This document shows positions 37,405 through 51,919 of a DNA stretch of 64,000 nt, piece after piece. Source of the stretch: Mobula hypostoma. Lineage: Eukaryota. Position 1 is the first letter of the stretch; each line of letters starts with the position of its first letter. The notes below the pieces were generated by a model. That model did no database searches. It had not been told where the DNA came from and saw nothing but the letters and a program-made list of their open reading frames with translations. A program made the position numbers and the translations under genes. The DNA lies in the NCBI RefSeq assembly GCF_963921235.1, contig NC_086097.1, forward strand, positions 223,512,001 through 223,576,000. The letters run 5' to 3'.

Positions 37405-39715
37405 AAGATGTAGGAACAGAATTAGGCTATTCAGCCCATCGAGTCTGCTCCAATATTCCATCATCCCTCTCAAGCCCATACTCCTGCCTTTGTCCCATAA
37501 CCTTTGATGCTCTGACAAATCAAGAAACTACCAACCTCTGCTTTAAAAAATCCAAATGAATTGTCCCCCCAACAGCCTTCTGTGGCAACAAATTCCAAAG
37601 ATTCACCACCCTCTGGCTAAAGAAGTTCCTCTGCATGTCCATTCTAAATGAACGTCCCTCTACTTTGAAGCCGTGCCCTCTGGTCCTGGACTCACCCACT
37701 ATAGCAAGCATCCTGTTCACATCCACTCTGTCTCGGCCTTTCAATATTTAATATCTTTCAGTGAGATCAACCCACCCCCCTACCCGCCATTCTTCTAAAC
37801 TCCAGGAAGTACAAGCCCAGAGCTATCAAACACTACTCACACGTTAATCCATTCATTCTGGAGTCATTCTCATGAATCTCCTCTGGACCCTTTCTAACAC
37901 CAGCACATCTTTTCTCAGATAAGAGGCCCAAGTGCAGTCTGACCAATGCCTCATAAAGCCTCAGAATTATATCCTTACTTTTATATTCTAGTCCTCTCAA
38001 AATGAATGATAACACTGCATTTACCTTCTTACTACCAACTCAACCTGCAAGTTAATCTTTAGAGAATCCTGTACAAGGATTCCCAGGTCCTTTTGTACCT
38101 CTGATTTCTGATTTTTCTCCCCATTTAGAAAGTAATCCACGCCTCTTTACCTCCTACCAATGACCATGCACTTCCCTACATTATATTCCATCGGCCATTC
38201 TTTGCCCATTCTCCGAATCTAAGTCCTTCTGCAGACTGTCTGCTTCCTCAACACATGTCTCTCTCCACCCACCTTCATATTGTCTGAAAATCTGGTCACA
38301 AAGCCAACAATTCTGACATCAAACTCTTTAACAAACAACGTGAAAAGAAGCAGTCCCAATATCGATTCTTGCAGAACACCACTAGTCACCGGTAGCCAAT
38401 CAGAAAAGGTCCCCTCTATTCCCATTCTTAGCCGAATGCCAGTCAGCCAATCTTCTATCCATGCTTATTCGTTCCTGTAAAGTAGTAGTATTAGGTTATC
38501 TGGCCCATCAAGTCTGCTCCACCATTTCATGACTAATCCAATTTTCCTCTCAGCCCCAATCTCCTGACTTCTCCCCTAATCCCTTCATACCCTGACCAAT
38601 CAAGAATCTATCAGCCTCTGCCTTAAATATACATAAAGACTTGGCCTTCACAGTTACCTGTGGCAAAGATTTGCACAGATTCAGCACTCTCTGACTAAAG
38701 AAATTCCTCTTCATCTCCATTCTAAAAGGATGCTCCTCTATTCTGAGGCTGTGTCCTCTGGTCTTAGACTCTCCAACCACAGGAAACATCCTCTCCACAT
38801 CCACATCTAGTGATTCTTGAAAGATCATTACTACTGCCTCCACAATCTTTTCAACCACCTCTTTCAGAGCTCTGATGCATACACCATCTGGTCCAGATGA
38901 TTTATCTACTTTCAGACCTTTCAGTTTCCCAAAAACCTTCTCTAGTTTATGGTAATTTCACACACTTCATGCCCCAACACCATACTGCTAGTGACCTCTG
39001 CAATGAAGACTGATGCAAAATATTTATTGTTTATCCACTATTTTGGTGTCCCCCATTACTATCTCTCCAGATTCTTTTCTAGCAATCTGATATCCACTCT
39101 CGTCTCTCTCTTACATTTTAGGTATCTGAGAAAATTCTCATCAGGGTCTTTTTTTTTAAACTCTTGTAGTTCCTTAACTCCATCCTCAAGGATTCTACAT
39201 CTTCTGATCAATAGGTTCAATAGGTACATTTAATGTCAGAGAAATTAGTACAATATACATCCTGAAATTCTTTTTCTGTGCAAACATCCAGGAAAACAGG
39301 AGTGCCCCAAAGAATGAATGAATGACAGTTAAATGTTAGAACCCCAAAGCTTTCATAAGTCACCTCTAAGCATTTAGTTTCATTTTTTTTTAAACCAACG
39401 AAGCCACCCAGCCTCTCTGCCCACCTGCCTGTCCTTTCGATACTTCAAGTATCCTTGGATATTAAGCTCCCAACTATGATCTTCTTCCTGCCATGATTCA
39501 GTGATGCCCACAGCATCATACCTGACAATCTTTAACTGCACTACAAGCTCATCCATCTTATTCTGTATACTGCATGCATTCAAATATAACACCTTCAGTT
39601 TATATCATCCTTTTCAATTCTGCCCCCATGTTACACTTCAACTCATCCCACTGAATGCAGTTTTGCCTCATCATATGCCTGTCCTTCACCGTTTCAATGC
39701 ATCTACTTGTATACA
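37405..39715 (-). mobile_element. Degraded CR1 LINE with nested fragments
   Basis: EN start MLYLNACSIQNKMDEL, RT and C-terminal motifs; extra CR1 3' end at about 38495-38805. Confidence 0.8.
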
Positions 39716-39900
39716 GACACCATGGTTTGCAGCAGCTAGCATGACACTATTACAGAGCAGGGCATTGGAGGTCAAGAGTTCAATCCCAGCATCCTCTGTA
39801 CTTTTGCTCCGTGAAATGTCCGGGTTTTCCCCGGTGCTCGCGTGTCCTCCCACAATCCAAAGATGTACAGGGAAGATTAGTCATTGCAAACTGTACTGTG
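39716..39900 (+). mobile_element. tRNA-derived V-SINE-like element
   Basis: B box GTTCAATCC followed by GGGTTTTCCCCGGTGCTC...CCTCCCACAATCCAAAGATGTAC. Confidence 0.6.
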
Positions 39901-41171
39901 TTTTTATGTATGAAAGGCCAGCTTGATCCCACTGGGAATATATACAAACACATCATTCTATTTTGAAATTCATACAATAATGACAAGTTAATAATGCAGA
40001 TATGAATTTACTATCAAACTTCAATTGCATTTCAAGGTTGGAACTGTTCAGCTTTGAGAAAAGAACTTCACCCTCCAAATAAGTACGACTAATTTTTACA
40101 TAGAAAGTACTGCACCCCATTGGGCAAGTTTTATGACTGGTACGCAGATCTGAATTGCTGATCTTCAGTCAAGTTCCAAACCCACTGCAGTTATATAGAA
40201 AATCTGGAATAAAAAGTAGCATCAGCAATGGTGCCGATTAAATTACCAAACTATCCTGGCAAGAAGGAAATCTATCATCCTTAAATTGTCACATCAGTAG
40301 CTACTGTGAAACAATAATGAACTCTTAATGACTCTAGGAAATGGCCAAGGAGCAATTTAATGGAGAATAAATTCCAACCTGGCCAGCTACTATCACATTC
40401 CATGAACAAAAAGTGAATAACTTCCTAGCATTACTGAGAATTATGTTAGATGGTTGAGGACATTACAATTTATATTTAAACATATGCTGGAAATTACCAA
40501 AACATATCCAATTCAATGAGATAAAATTGCCTATTATAAAGCTTCATTCTGTTCTGCTGAAGTGATATTCACCTGGTACATCTAGGTCTATTGTGAACAT
40601 CATAATTTTGATAATTTTTGATAATTATCTCCTGCCCACTTCCAATGTAGCAATCATCCTACCAAAACTTTTTGAAGTGAAAATTCAGAGTTACTGGGAT
40701 CAGCTGTGAGACTTTAGATGAAAAGCATTTGTGTTTTCTATGAGTTATATGTACTGTGTTGAACACCTTGTTCTGGAGGTGTTCATGTGTACTACCGAAT
40801 GATAATAAACTTGAATTTGATTTGCAATCTATAGTTACAACTGACCAAATGAAAATATAAATTCTGCTCAACTCTTGTCACCAATATGCCTGAAAAACAA
40901 ATCAGACAGTCACAACTAAAATTTAAGGAAGTTCATTTGATTTCTTAATGACTTAATGAATAAGCACCTTTCAAACATTTAAGCTTGGTAAACAAAGTAA
41001 AACTTTTGCCCATTATTATAACATCAATTTCTATAAAGAATGGTTCTGACGTACTGACTTATAGAATTCTGAATATTTATAAGTCATAATACACAAAGCT
41101 TTAGTAAAACTATACAAAAAAACTGAAATACAAGATGCAACTGGCTGAAACTACAATGATTTGGATAGACA

Positions 41172-41300
41172 AAGAGAAAATCTGCAATGCTGGAAATCCA
41201 AGCAACACACACAAAAAGCTGGAGGAACTCAGCAGGCCAGACAGCATCTACGGAAAAGAGTACAGTTGACATCTCAGGCCGAGACCCTTTGGCAAGAGTT
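41172..41300 (-). mobile_element. Penelope-like terminal fragment with a degenerate hammerhead core
   Basis: Homologous to 51920-52020; CTGACGA reads TTGCCAA and GAAAC reads GAGAT. Confidence 0.7.
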
Positions 41301-42771
41301 CAGCAGGATGATTGGAAAGAAATCTTCCAAGAACAATTATTATTTTTCTTTCTAAACTACTGGCCTAAATCATGCAGCACACAGAGACCTTCTGTTTTCA
41401 ATCTAATGATATCTTCCAGGTACTCGATGTCCTTTCAATATCACTGAGGTGGAATATGTTATTTAGCCATTTCAAGGTTAACCTCTGACCATTTTTATAA
41501 AACATGTGTTCGTCCAGAGCAAAACCCTCCACCCTTCTACCTGAAAACAAATTGCAGAATTTATTTAATTTCATTTCTGTTTGTTAACTCATTATAGCTA
41601 CACAAAGTAGATTTGCTCTGGCCAGCAAAAACTTTCATTACTACAATGAAGCTGAGAGGGCAAAAAAAGCCCACAAAATATTACATGCTTGAAAACTGAA
41701 ATAAAAACAGATCACGCTGCTCAGGTCAGACAGGATCTGGAGCTAGAAGCACACTTGAAGTTTCAGGCCATCAGGACCGATTAAAAAATCTGCTTTGATG
41801 AAAGATCACTGTCCTGCAGCGTTAAAAGTCTGTTTCTGTCTCTGTGGATATCGCCTGGCCTTCTGGGGATTTCCACTAGTTTTATTTTTGATTTCAGAAA
41901 GCAAAAATGTTCTACCAATAATTGTGGAATATGAAAAGGAGTTTACTCAAAAACATTGCTGGGGCCAGGAATCAGGACAAAATGAGTCAACAACTTAAAA
42001 AGTGCTGCAACTACAGTAACTATCATAACAAAAAACACCCCTGGGGAGTTGTAGCCTTGCAGAAGCATAACATTAATCCTTCTTAATGTAAAAATTCTGG
42101 AACTGAACAGCAAACAAATGCCATTACTTTGTTCTTACGGTCTGGGTCATGACAAATTTAGCCACACTGACTTAGTTGCAATTATTTAACATCAGCATGA
42201 AAACTTGGGTCTTTCAAAACTACATAAGGGAGAAGGACAAATTACTGGATAATTTATTTCTATGATATAGTCAGAAGAAAGTTACATGTGTAGGAAGGAG
42301 AAAATATAACTGCCAACCATCAGGATAGAGAAAAAAAAAGTTAGTGTAGAACTTATTTCTTCACTAACTTATTAAGGACTTATTTCATACCTGCAAAGAT
42401 CTCTGGGAGAATGGCAGATAAAATCACAACCAAGGAATTATGCAGTGGGCAATGGCCGGAATTTAAAATACTCTTTACCATCGTGATCAAGATCAAGATC
42501 CCCTTAAGTGATATATTAATTCCAGATTGCTGAACAAACGGTCATGTTAAAATAGTTAAGGGTGGAAGGATCTGGAAAAGGATCCAGTTAAGTACTCCAC
42601 ATAAGAACCATTAACACTGAAAAGACAAAGATCATAGTACATAGGAGCAGAATTAGGCCATTCAGCCCATCAAGTCTATTCTGCCATCATGGCTGGTTTA
42701 TTATCCCTCTCAACCGTATTCTCCTGCTTTCTCCCCATAACCTTTGATGCCCTTACTAATTAAGAATCTAT

Positions 42772-43312
42772 TGATGATGGCTGGTTCTTCGCTTCCGAAG
42801 ATCAGGAGGGAACTCCATCGCTATAGGACTTTCTTCCCATCTACACTGCATAGGTTTATAGTGAGGATCAGTGCGTGTGGTTCCACTCTTAAGGCTGGGG
42901 GATGTTCCACAATGGCACAGCGAGCTGACAGCTGCAGCAACCACAAGGCTGTAGGTTGAGCGTCCAAGTTTTCCTTCTCCTAGACAGACTGCCTGGCAAG
43001 GCTAACAAGTATCATCTACCTGGATTTGGAATCCAAGTTGTCCTTCTCCTAGGCTGATGAGCCCAACCTGCCCACCCAGTTATACCACTGAACTCACGGT
43101 TGCACCATGACATAACAGGGACGCCACGTGAAGGTGTTGCTATGGGCACAGTAGTGTAGGAGAGGACATATGTGAGTGACCTCCTACATGGCAAGCCAAA
43201 CAGTGGTCCTGTAGCAATCACTACACCTGGAAAGGAGAGGCTATGGGAGATGCCTCAGCTTCCTTAAATGAGCAGGACATCCAGCCCAGGACTCACCTGT
43301 CCCCAAGAACCT
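42772..43312 (-). mobile_element. RTE-like fragment inserted into a CR1 3' end (42635-43375)
   Basis: Flanked by AAGAATCTA / AAGAACCTA; CR1 tail continues on both sides; family assignment from recalled similarity only. Confidence 0.45.
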
Positions 43313-44054
43313 ACTAACTTCCACTTTAAATATACTTGATGACTTGGCATCCATCTGTGACAATGTATTCCACATTGTTGTATCGCCCCTTTTGTTTCCA
43401 AACTTACAAGTCTTTACGAGTCCACTTGAAAGAATATATTAACATTGCAGAAAATCGTAAGGAACAGGATACAAAGCCTGGATTTTCCTAGGTGTTTCCA
43501 GCAGCTTCGCCCACACATTAGTCCGCACGTTACTGGTTCACTCCATTAGCCATTTCCTAGTTGTGCCCTGCTGCTGGACTCCCCAAGGAGTTCAACAATG
43601 GTGCACAAGCTCGCTGAGAATTCCCAGCACCAGGTTAGTACTGACACAAAATCCCTTCTCCTTCAATTTCAGTGGGGATAGAAAGGCAACTGGCAAGGAA
43701 GAGGGGCAAATATATTGTTCAGTTAAACGTATTTAATAATCTAAAACTTTTAATTTTTTTCTTTGTAACTGTAACAATTTGTTGACAAGGTTCCATTAGA
43801 AATTTGGTGCCAAAGTGAAAAAATATAGTCCATGCTCTGTCCACCAGAACAACCGGGACCTCCCAGTGGCCACCCATTTTGATTCCAATTCCGATATGTC
43901 CATCCATGGCCTCCTCCACTGTCAGGATAAGGCCACATTGCACTATTTAATTTATTCTAACTTATAGTTGGGTGTTATGCCTACATTATACTGCTACCAC
44001 ACAGCAAAACATTGCACAACTTAGTCAGTGAGCATACACTTGATCCTGATAAAT

Positions 44055-45280
44055 GGTGAGAGCACAAAAATAAGCACATTGCATGGACTGAAAATGGTTT
44101 CATAAACAGGAAACAGTGGAAATAAATGGAACTTTCTATGACTAACTGCATACTACAGAGATTAGTGCTTGGAACCCCTATTCACATTACATCCAATACA
44201 AAGGTGGGTGGGATGGTAAGCTGTGAGCATGCAAAGCATCTTCAACACAATTCAGTCAAAAATCACTAAACAGATAAATTCTTTTACTCTTGTCACATGC
44301 ACTGGATTACAGTGAGAAGCTTGTCTTGCAAATTGCTAATGCAGATCAAATCATAGTAGTACACAAAGGTAAAATAACAAGTGTAGCAGTTATTGAAAAA
44401 GTGAAATGCAGATCAACAATAAGGTACAAGATCATAACGAGATAGATTGTGAGGTGCAAGAGTCAACCTTATCATACTAGGAAATCATTTAATAGTCTTC
44501 TAACAGCAGGGTAGAGGCTGTCCTTGAGCCTAGTGGAATGCGTTCTGGGGTTTTTGTACTTGCTGCCCAATGTTAAAGACAAGGAAAGAGAACTTCAAGG
44601 GTAGATGGGGTCTTTGATTACGCTGGCTGCTTTACTGAGGCAGCAAGTATAGACAAAGGCTGGTTTCCATGATGCAACCCCACTACATAATAAAGGCAGA
44701 ATAGGCAAATGTTAGGCAAGTGTGATTATCCACATCAGTAGGAAGAAGAGAAAGAAAAAGTTTTGTTTAAATCGTGATAGATTGGGAAACACCAATGTAC
44801 ATGGGCATTCTATATGCATTTGTAAACCAGTCTCTGAAAGCAAACGTGCAGGTGCAGCAAGCAGTTAAGATACTAAATAGCAAGATGGTGTTTATATAAG
44901 AAATTTGGAACACAGGAGCAAGGGTATCTTACTGTAACTATTAAGGAGCATAGTGAGGCCATACCCAAAGTACTTAGTGCTATTTCAGTCTTCATTTAGA
45001 AAGGATGTGTGCCAGAGGGAGTGCAACCAAGGTGTACCGATTCCTGGGTGGGCAAGACTATCACATGAAAGGAGATTAGATTGCTGAATTTTAGGAATAT
45101 GACAGGAACTTTCATTAAAACCTCAACACTTCTGATAAGGCTTGACAGCTAGTTTCAAGGAGTGCCTCTCCCCTGAAGTTGCAACCTCAGGTTGCAGGCA
45201 AAGACAAACACGGCAGAGATGAGGAGCAACTCCTTCACTCAGAAGGAGAATCTGTGGAACTCACTGCCACAGACAGTGAT
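44055..45280 (+). mobile_element. Highly degraded CR1 RT region interrupted by a minus-strand Rex/Babar tail
   Basis: Residual CR1 wording (GCAGGTGCAGCAAGCAGTTAAG, TTCACTCAGA, TGTGGAACTCACTGCC). Confidence 0.5.
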
Positions 45281-45654
45281 TTCATAACAAAGTAAATTTC
45301 AAAATTCAAAGTGAATGTATTACCAATGTACATGTCACCATATACAACCCTGGGATTCACTATATTAGCAGCATTCACAGCAGAACAAATACAATAGAAT
45401 CAATTAAAAACTGCACACAAAAACTGACAAACAACTAATGTGCAAAATATGGTACACACAAACAAACAAATAACACTGAAGACATGAGTTGTGGAGTCTT
45501 TGAAAGTGAGTCCATAAGTTGTGGAATAAACTCTTGAGTTGAGGCGAGTCTAATTATCCACGTTGGTTCAGCAGCCAGATGATTGAAAGGTAATAACTGT
45601 TCCTGAATCTGGTGGTGTGGGACCCAAGGTTCTGGTACCTCCTTCCCTTTAGAG

Positions 45655-45737
45655 CAGGGGCTCCCAGCAGTTTTTTATGCCATGGAACAATACCATTAAG
45701 CAAGGGGTCCATGGAGCCCCCAGGTTGGGAACCCCTG
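45655..45737. mobile_element. 83-bp hAT (Charlie-type) MITE
   Basis: TIRs CAGGGGCTCCCA / TGGGAACCCCTG; 8-bp TSD CTTTAGAG / CTTTAGAC. Confidence 0.85.
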
Positions 45738-46509
45738 CTTTAGACAGATAGCAGACAGATCTCTGGATATTAAAACAAATAGTATAGTGAGTCAGTAGGA
45801 TCACATTACTGAGGTAGGTCACCTGTCACAATTGTTGACGGCCAAATGGCCATCACCTGCTCTAATTTTTCGATATTTACATGCTGAAACACCAAGATGC
45901 AAATAGAATAGGCAATTCACATACGAGAACATCAACACAAATCCATGGGCCAAACAGTTTTTTTCCCTTCCTTATTTTCCACATACACCTTGTTACAGTG
46001 AACACATCCAATGAAGTCTCTAGATGGGAAGTCTCGTGTTATTACTGTACGGTCTTGTCTTGCCTTTGAAGATTGAAAACAAACCTGCTTTTCTGTGTGT
46101 TGGCAGGATTTAATGCTCTGTTCTGGTTACCAGATAAAGTAATCCTTAAATTAACGACTCAAATCAGTCATTGACAAACACAAAGCTGAGCTTCTGGCAA
46201 ATTAGAATATCACCAGCAAAAACAATGAACTACGCAGTCCGGATTACTATACGTTATGAATCAAAAACATGGCAGATGGCAGCAATTCACAACTTGCAAA
46301 AGAGCGAGGAAGAGAAATTGAACAATGATATCAATCACATTCTAATGCTCAGCAAGCTGCAGTCATTCAGATATTTTATACTATCAAAGACTTCAGACAG
46401 CAGAAAACTTAAGACAATGGCATTTTTACAGAGAGCTTGCTATCTGAAAAGCGGCAAATTGTGAAAATTAACAGGAGACCGTAGGGGTTGGGTAGTGTTG
46501 CAGAGATAG

Positions 46510-47625
46510 GGATCCTGCTTAAGGACTTCAACAGTTTAGGAGAGTGGGTAAAGTGGCAGGTGGAACCCAACAGGGTGAAGAGTAAGATTATGCACTTTGC
46601 TACATGGAATAAAAGCGTGGCTCATTTTTGAAATGGAGACAGAATTCAGAAATTGAAGGTGCAAAGGAACTTGGAAGTTCTTGTTCTGAATTCCCTCAAA
46701 ACTGAATTGGTAATAAGGAAACCAAATGCAATGTTAACATTTATTCTGAAAGCATTCAAAGATAAAAACAAGGATGCAACGCTGAGACTTTATAAAGCAT
46801 TGATCAGACCGCATTTGGAATATTCTAAGCAACTTTTGGGTACGATATTTAAAGAAAGATGTGCTGCGCCTCAAAGTCAAGAAGAGGTTTGCAAGGATAA
46901 TATGAATCAAAAGGCTTAGCATATGAGAAGTATCCGGCAGCTCTGGACCTGTACTCTATGCAGTACAATCTAGAAGGATTGGGTGTGGGGGAGAGGGGAG
47001 GGAACAGTATCTCACTTACTGAATGGCGGAGCAGGCTCGACTGACCAGATGGCCTACTCCTGCTATTTCTTACGTTCTTAAACATACTGGAAAGAGTGGA
47101 TGTGGAGAGGATGTTTCCATTAGTAGCTGGTGCTGCCCTCAAGTGTTCGCTCGGTGGAAGAAAGACTGGATTGCGTGCGTTTGTCCATCTGCAGACTGCT
47201 GTGAGCTGCTTGTTCGTGCCAATAACACCCATGCACCATTTTTTTTAGTGTGAGTGTATGTTTACTGCTATCTTATATGTGCTATATGTGCCTCGTGTTG
47301 GTATTGTGTTTTGCACCTTGGCCTCAGAGGAACACTATTTCATTTGGCTGCATTCATGTATGGTTGAATGATAATTAAACTTAAACTTCAAAGGACACCC
47401 CTCAGCCTCCTCCAATCCCGGAAAAACCAACCCAGCCTATTAAATGAGCAGCCAGAGGAAGCAGTTATGGGAGATATATTAACAATATTTAAAAGCCACC
47501 CGGACATATACATGGATGAGAAAGGTTTAGACGGGATATGGCAAAATGCAGACAAATGGAATTAGCTTAGATGATCAGCATGAACCAGTTGGGTCAAAGG
47601 ACCTGTTGGTGTGCTGTATGACTCT
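46510..47625 (+). mobile_element. Degraded CR1 3' region with internal insertions
   Basis: LRLYKALIRPHLEY and CR1 tail GCTGTATGACTCT. Confidence 0.65.
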
Positions 47626-48848
47626 TTATAGTTTCCTGTTTTAACTCAAGGCCTTCAAATTCTGCCATCATTGCAAACCTTTTCCATACACTCCCTTGCT
47701 TTATCACACCCATTGATATGGCAACAACCAGAACTACACACCACATTCATAACTAACATTATGTACAACTGTAATATGGCATCCCATTTCTTGTATCCAA
47801 TGCCTCAAGCAAAGCCATACTCCTTCACCACACCGACCGTCTATGTTGCCACAATACACTTGCACTCCTAGATCTCTTGGTTCTATTCTCCACGGTTCTG
47901 GCACTCACTGTAACTATGCTGTCCTGGTTTAACTTCCCAAAATGCATGACATTGAATGTGTCTAAGTTAAATTCCATCTGCTACTCTCTTTCCAAATTGA
48001 TCTTGATCTGGTTGTAATCTCAAACAAACTTCTTCGCCACAAGACTACCAATTTTAATGTCATCTGCAAATTTAATAATCATGTCACCTATGTTCTCAGC
48101 CTTTTGATGCAACTGAGTGACTTGCTTGGCACTTCAGAGAGGGGAGTACAATTGGCCTTCTTGCTGTGAAATGACACGGCTTACAGGTCAGCCAAACAAC
48201 ACAAACAAGTTTCCTTCCTTCGAAAAGATTGTGTCACGTTCAAGTATCTTAAAAATCCACACGGTCACAATTGTATTGCCGGACATTCAGTTATATTCAC
48301 ATTCTGAAACAGCCAAAGGAAGAATACGAACATATTTGCTATAGTATCTGCTCAGTTAAGGGTATAACCCATGCACTAACACACACTCTAACTTTTAATA
48401 TGAGACATTCTATTCAATGGGACTAATACAGGTATGCAAGAGATATTATACGTAAGCCATATTATATCTCTCAGGTTGAGAAAATTAAGTGTCAGACCCT
48501 AGCACTCAGGCAGCAAAAATCAAAAATTTTAAAAAGGAATTACCAAGGATAAAGAGTAGTCCCTAATCAAGTGTAGAAAGACTGCATCCCAACATTTCAG
48601 TTAGATCCCTTTGGAAGTTAAGCTTGCTGCATGGTTCCTGTTTCCGAAGCCGCAACTACTTTCAGTGATTGGTACGTTTGTACTTCAAGATCCTTTGTCC
48701 ACTAACCCCACCTGGTCTCTCACTCTCCAAGGAACAAGTAATCTCCCTTTTCTTTTGAGCAAAATGTATTACTTTACATCTGAGTTCAAATTCAATTGCC
48801 AATTTTGCAAATCTATTAAGTAATCACATGCAAGGGGTTTCTTCTTCT

Positions 48849-49521
48849 ATGTTACTGCTAAGGCTAATAAAAATGGCTTCTTTATTATGTTAACTGCTGG
48901 GAAAGTGCTTCTCTCTCGCAGCTTGTTTGGGTTATATTACTGATAATGAGAATTGTATTCATTTGCTAACCAATTGGAATAGATGTTATTCTTTCTTCTG
49001 TGTCTGTAAGCTATTGTTTTCGCGGGCTTTGGGGCAGAAAGCGTGATGGGGACAGAGAGAGGAGGCGCGATGCTGTAAGGTGGGTGAAGGAACAGACCCC
49101 GAGCGGGAGTCCCAGGCCCAGGGTATTCGGGAGGAGAACCGAAGAGGAAGGACGTGCTGGATGTGCTCTGATCAACCACCGTAGTTGATCCCAGGCGATG
49201 GGTCGAGGGGGTTGGAGGAGATCGTATGGTGGAAAGACCCTGTTCATTGAGCTCCAACGGTTGTGCACAAAGTGGTTGTACTCTGATAAGTTTGGCGCCT
49301 TTTGCGTTCCTTTTATATTTTATCTCTATTAATTCCATAGTTCCAGTAAGATCTACAAATTGTATTCTGTAAATCACATACGGCGTACTGTTTGTTATTT
49401 GGCATGGTGGGGTACATCACACAGCATCTACACAAACTCGATTACAGAGTTTGGAGGGGCCGAAGGCTTCTCCCCCTTGACGGAAGCGAGCTGAGCGAGC
49501 CTGAGGCTTACCGGGGGCTAC
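48849..49521 (+). mobile_element. Probable solo LTR
   Basis: Starts TGTTAC, CpG-richer than the flanks, ends in a GGGGGCTAC motif; no clean TSD found. Confidence 0.45.
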
Positions 49522-50432
49522 CCACACAAAATGCTGGAGGAGCACAGCTGGATAACCAGGAGGAATCAATGTCCTTTTTTTGATTTCCAATTCCCCTCAG
49601 TGCTGATTAGCCCTTCATCCCAACAGGATCTGAAAACAGAAAAACTGCAGTATTGATTCCCAAGTCTAAATGTCAACATGCATCATGGACCGCAATGATG
49701 CTAAGGACCTCCACTCCACACATTCTTAGGCTGCCATTGACTCCCACTCTCCACTCTGAAGCTAGCTGGCTATATGTTCTGTCAAGAGGCAACTTACTCT
49801 GCCTGTCTGACTTTACTTATTTGTCTATCAGCTCTGCCCCCTCCGTTGACTCTTTTAAGTCCAGGCTCAAAACTTACCTTTATTCACTAGTGTTTGAATC
49901 TTCCTGTGGTTAATTTTTGGCTTGTGCTTAGGCTCACGTGTTGTTTATTTTGTGCCTATAAGCTGTGTGCTTTGTTGTTTATACCTGTGTTTCTTATATT
50001 TGTGATTTTAGCTACCTGTTATGGATTGTACAGCACTTTGGTCAACATGGGTTGTTTTTAAATGTGCTTTATAAATAAATGTGACTTGACAACTTATTAT
50101 TGAGTAATTTACTGTAGATTTATTGAAAAATCTAGGTAAATTATAGTTACTGCTTTTATCATCAAGGAAGATCCCTGCTCAGAATCAGGTTTAATATCAC
50201 TGGCATATGCCATGAAATTTGTTGTTTTGCGACAACAGTAAATTGCAATACATAATAATAAAAGCAATAAATTACAAGTACACCAAAAAAAACTAAATTA
50301 AATAAGTAGTGCAAAAAGAGAGGGAAAAATACTAAGGCTGTGTTTATGGGATCATTGTCCACTCAGAAATCTGTTCTCACTCTTCACTATTACACTTTCT
50401 AATTTCATTCAGAGATACAACACTGAACAGGC

Positions 50433-50692
50433 CCTTCCAGTCCACCAAGTCTCACAGCCCAGCAGCTCACCCACTGAACACCAACCTCATCACAGGACAA
50501 TTTACCAGGACTGATTAACCTTCCAGCCCACCGAGTCTCACAGTCCAGCAGCTCACCCACTGAACATCAACCTCATCACAGGACAATTTACCAGGACTGA
50601 TTAACCTTCCAGCCCACCGAGTCTCACAGTCCAGCAGCTCACTGAGTTAACACCAACCTCATCACAGGACAATTTACCATGACTGATTAACC
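50433..50692 (+). repeat. Tandem repeat, 86-bp unit, 3 copies
   Basis: Units start at 50433, 50519 and 50605 (CCTTCCAGYCCACCRAGTCTCACAG...GGACAATTTACCAKGACTGATTAA). Confidence 0.92.
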
Positions 50693-51919
50693 TGCTACGC
50701 TACCGTGGCACCCAAAAACATCACAAATATTTTGTTCCCTCTTTTGACAGGGACTGTCAAATTTCTTCATTATACCAATATACCAAATGGTCTAATTCCC
50801 TGCACACCTTTGTTTCCCATTGATAACCACCAGTTTTCTGGCACTGCATCTTTCTCTAATTATTAATAAGGTGCATTAATAACAATGCTTTTGCTTCCCT
50901 CGGTGTGATCACCCAGGACATGCCCTGTTCTCATTGCTATCATCAAGGAGGAGCTGCAGCCTGAAGACACACACTCAGCACATCAAAAACCCCACTGTCA
51001 GATTACTAATGAACAATGAACCCATGAACACTCTCTCAGTACTTCTTTCCCTCTCTTTTTACACTACTTAATTTAATTTTCTTTTTAATATATTCTTATT
51101 GTAAATTACAGTTTTTATTATGTATTGGAATGTACTGCTGCTGCAAAGCAACAGAAAATTTCGTGGCATACGTCAGTAATATTAGACCGCTATTCTGATT
51201 CCAAGGTGACATCAAGTTCAATTACCTTAATATATCCAGTTTCTATTTTAACTATATTTTATTATTAATCTTGTCATTTAATGTCATCTCTACCTGTTCC
51301 GGCTCTCTAATAAATACTGAAGCAAATTAAGGGTTTAATATTTCTTCCATTGCTATGTCACTGAAATTTTAGAAGACATAGGAGTCCATACAGTGCACCT
51401 TGTGGATCAAAAAATGCTGTGTAACCTACTCCAATCTTCTGGAGTCAGATCTGCTAACGTACAAGTGACAACTCCCCAACCATTCATCCAGGTACTTTTT
51501 AAAAAGATGCAATTTCTGCCTCTACCATCCTTCCAGCCTGCAAGCCTCAAACCTCCAACACAGGTGAAAAGAATTTTCCCCATCCCTTCTCTTATCCTTC
51601 TGCCATTTCCTTTAAACCTCATGTTTGAACTTATAACTGGGAAAAAGGTACTTTCAATTCATTCTCACCAAGCACTCCAGACTTCAATACCACAATTGTC
51701 AACCTTGGCTCATCTGTTCCAGAGAACGTAATGTCAACTTATCCAAACTTACCTCATGACTAAAATTCCCAGTTCTGGCAATATCCTCAAATCATTCTTG
51801 TGATGTAGTCAGAACTGTACACTTTACTCATGCTATCGTATATGAAGCTTATTGAACTATAAGTACAACTTTCCTGCCTTTATATTCTATGTCGCAAATA
51901 ATAAAATATCTACTTAAAG

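Noticed and set aside
35200..40580. Extra 5' UTR exons suggested by minus-strand CAG/GT donors near 35208 and 40572
   Set aside because: Donor-like motifs alone are common; no supported acceptor or other evidence
46171..46464. 97-aa ORF in non-repeat DNA
   Set aside because: Non-ATG start, no recognisable homology or splice support
50433..50692. CRISPR-like array
   Set aside because: Units are contiguous with no unique spacers, there are no cas genes, and the DNA is vertebrate
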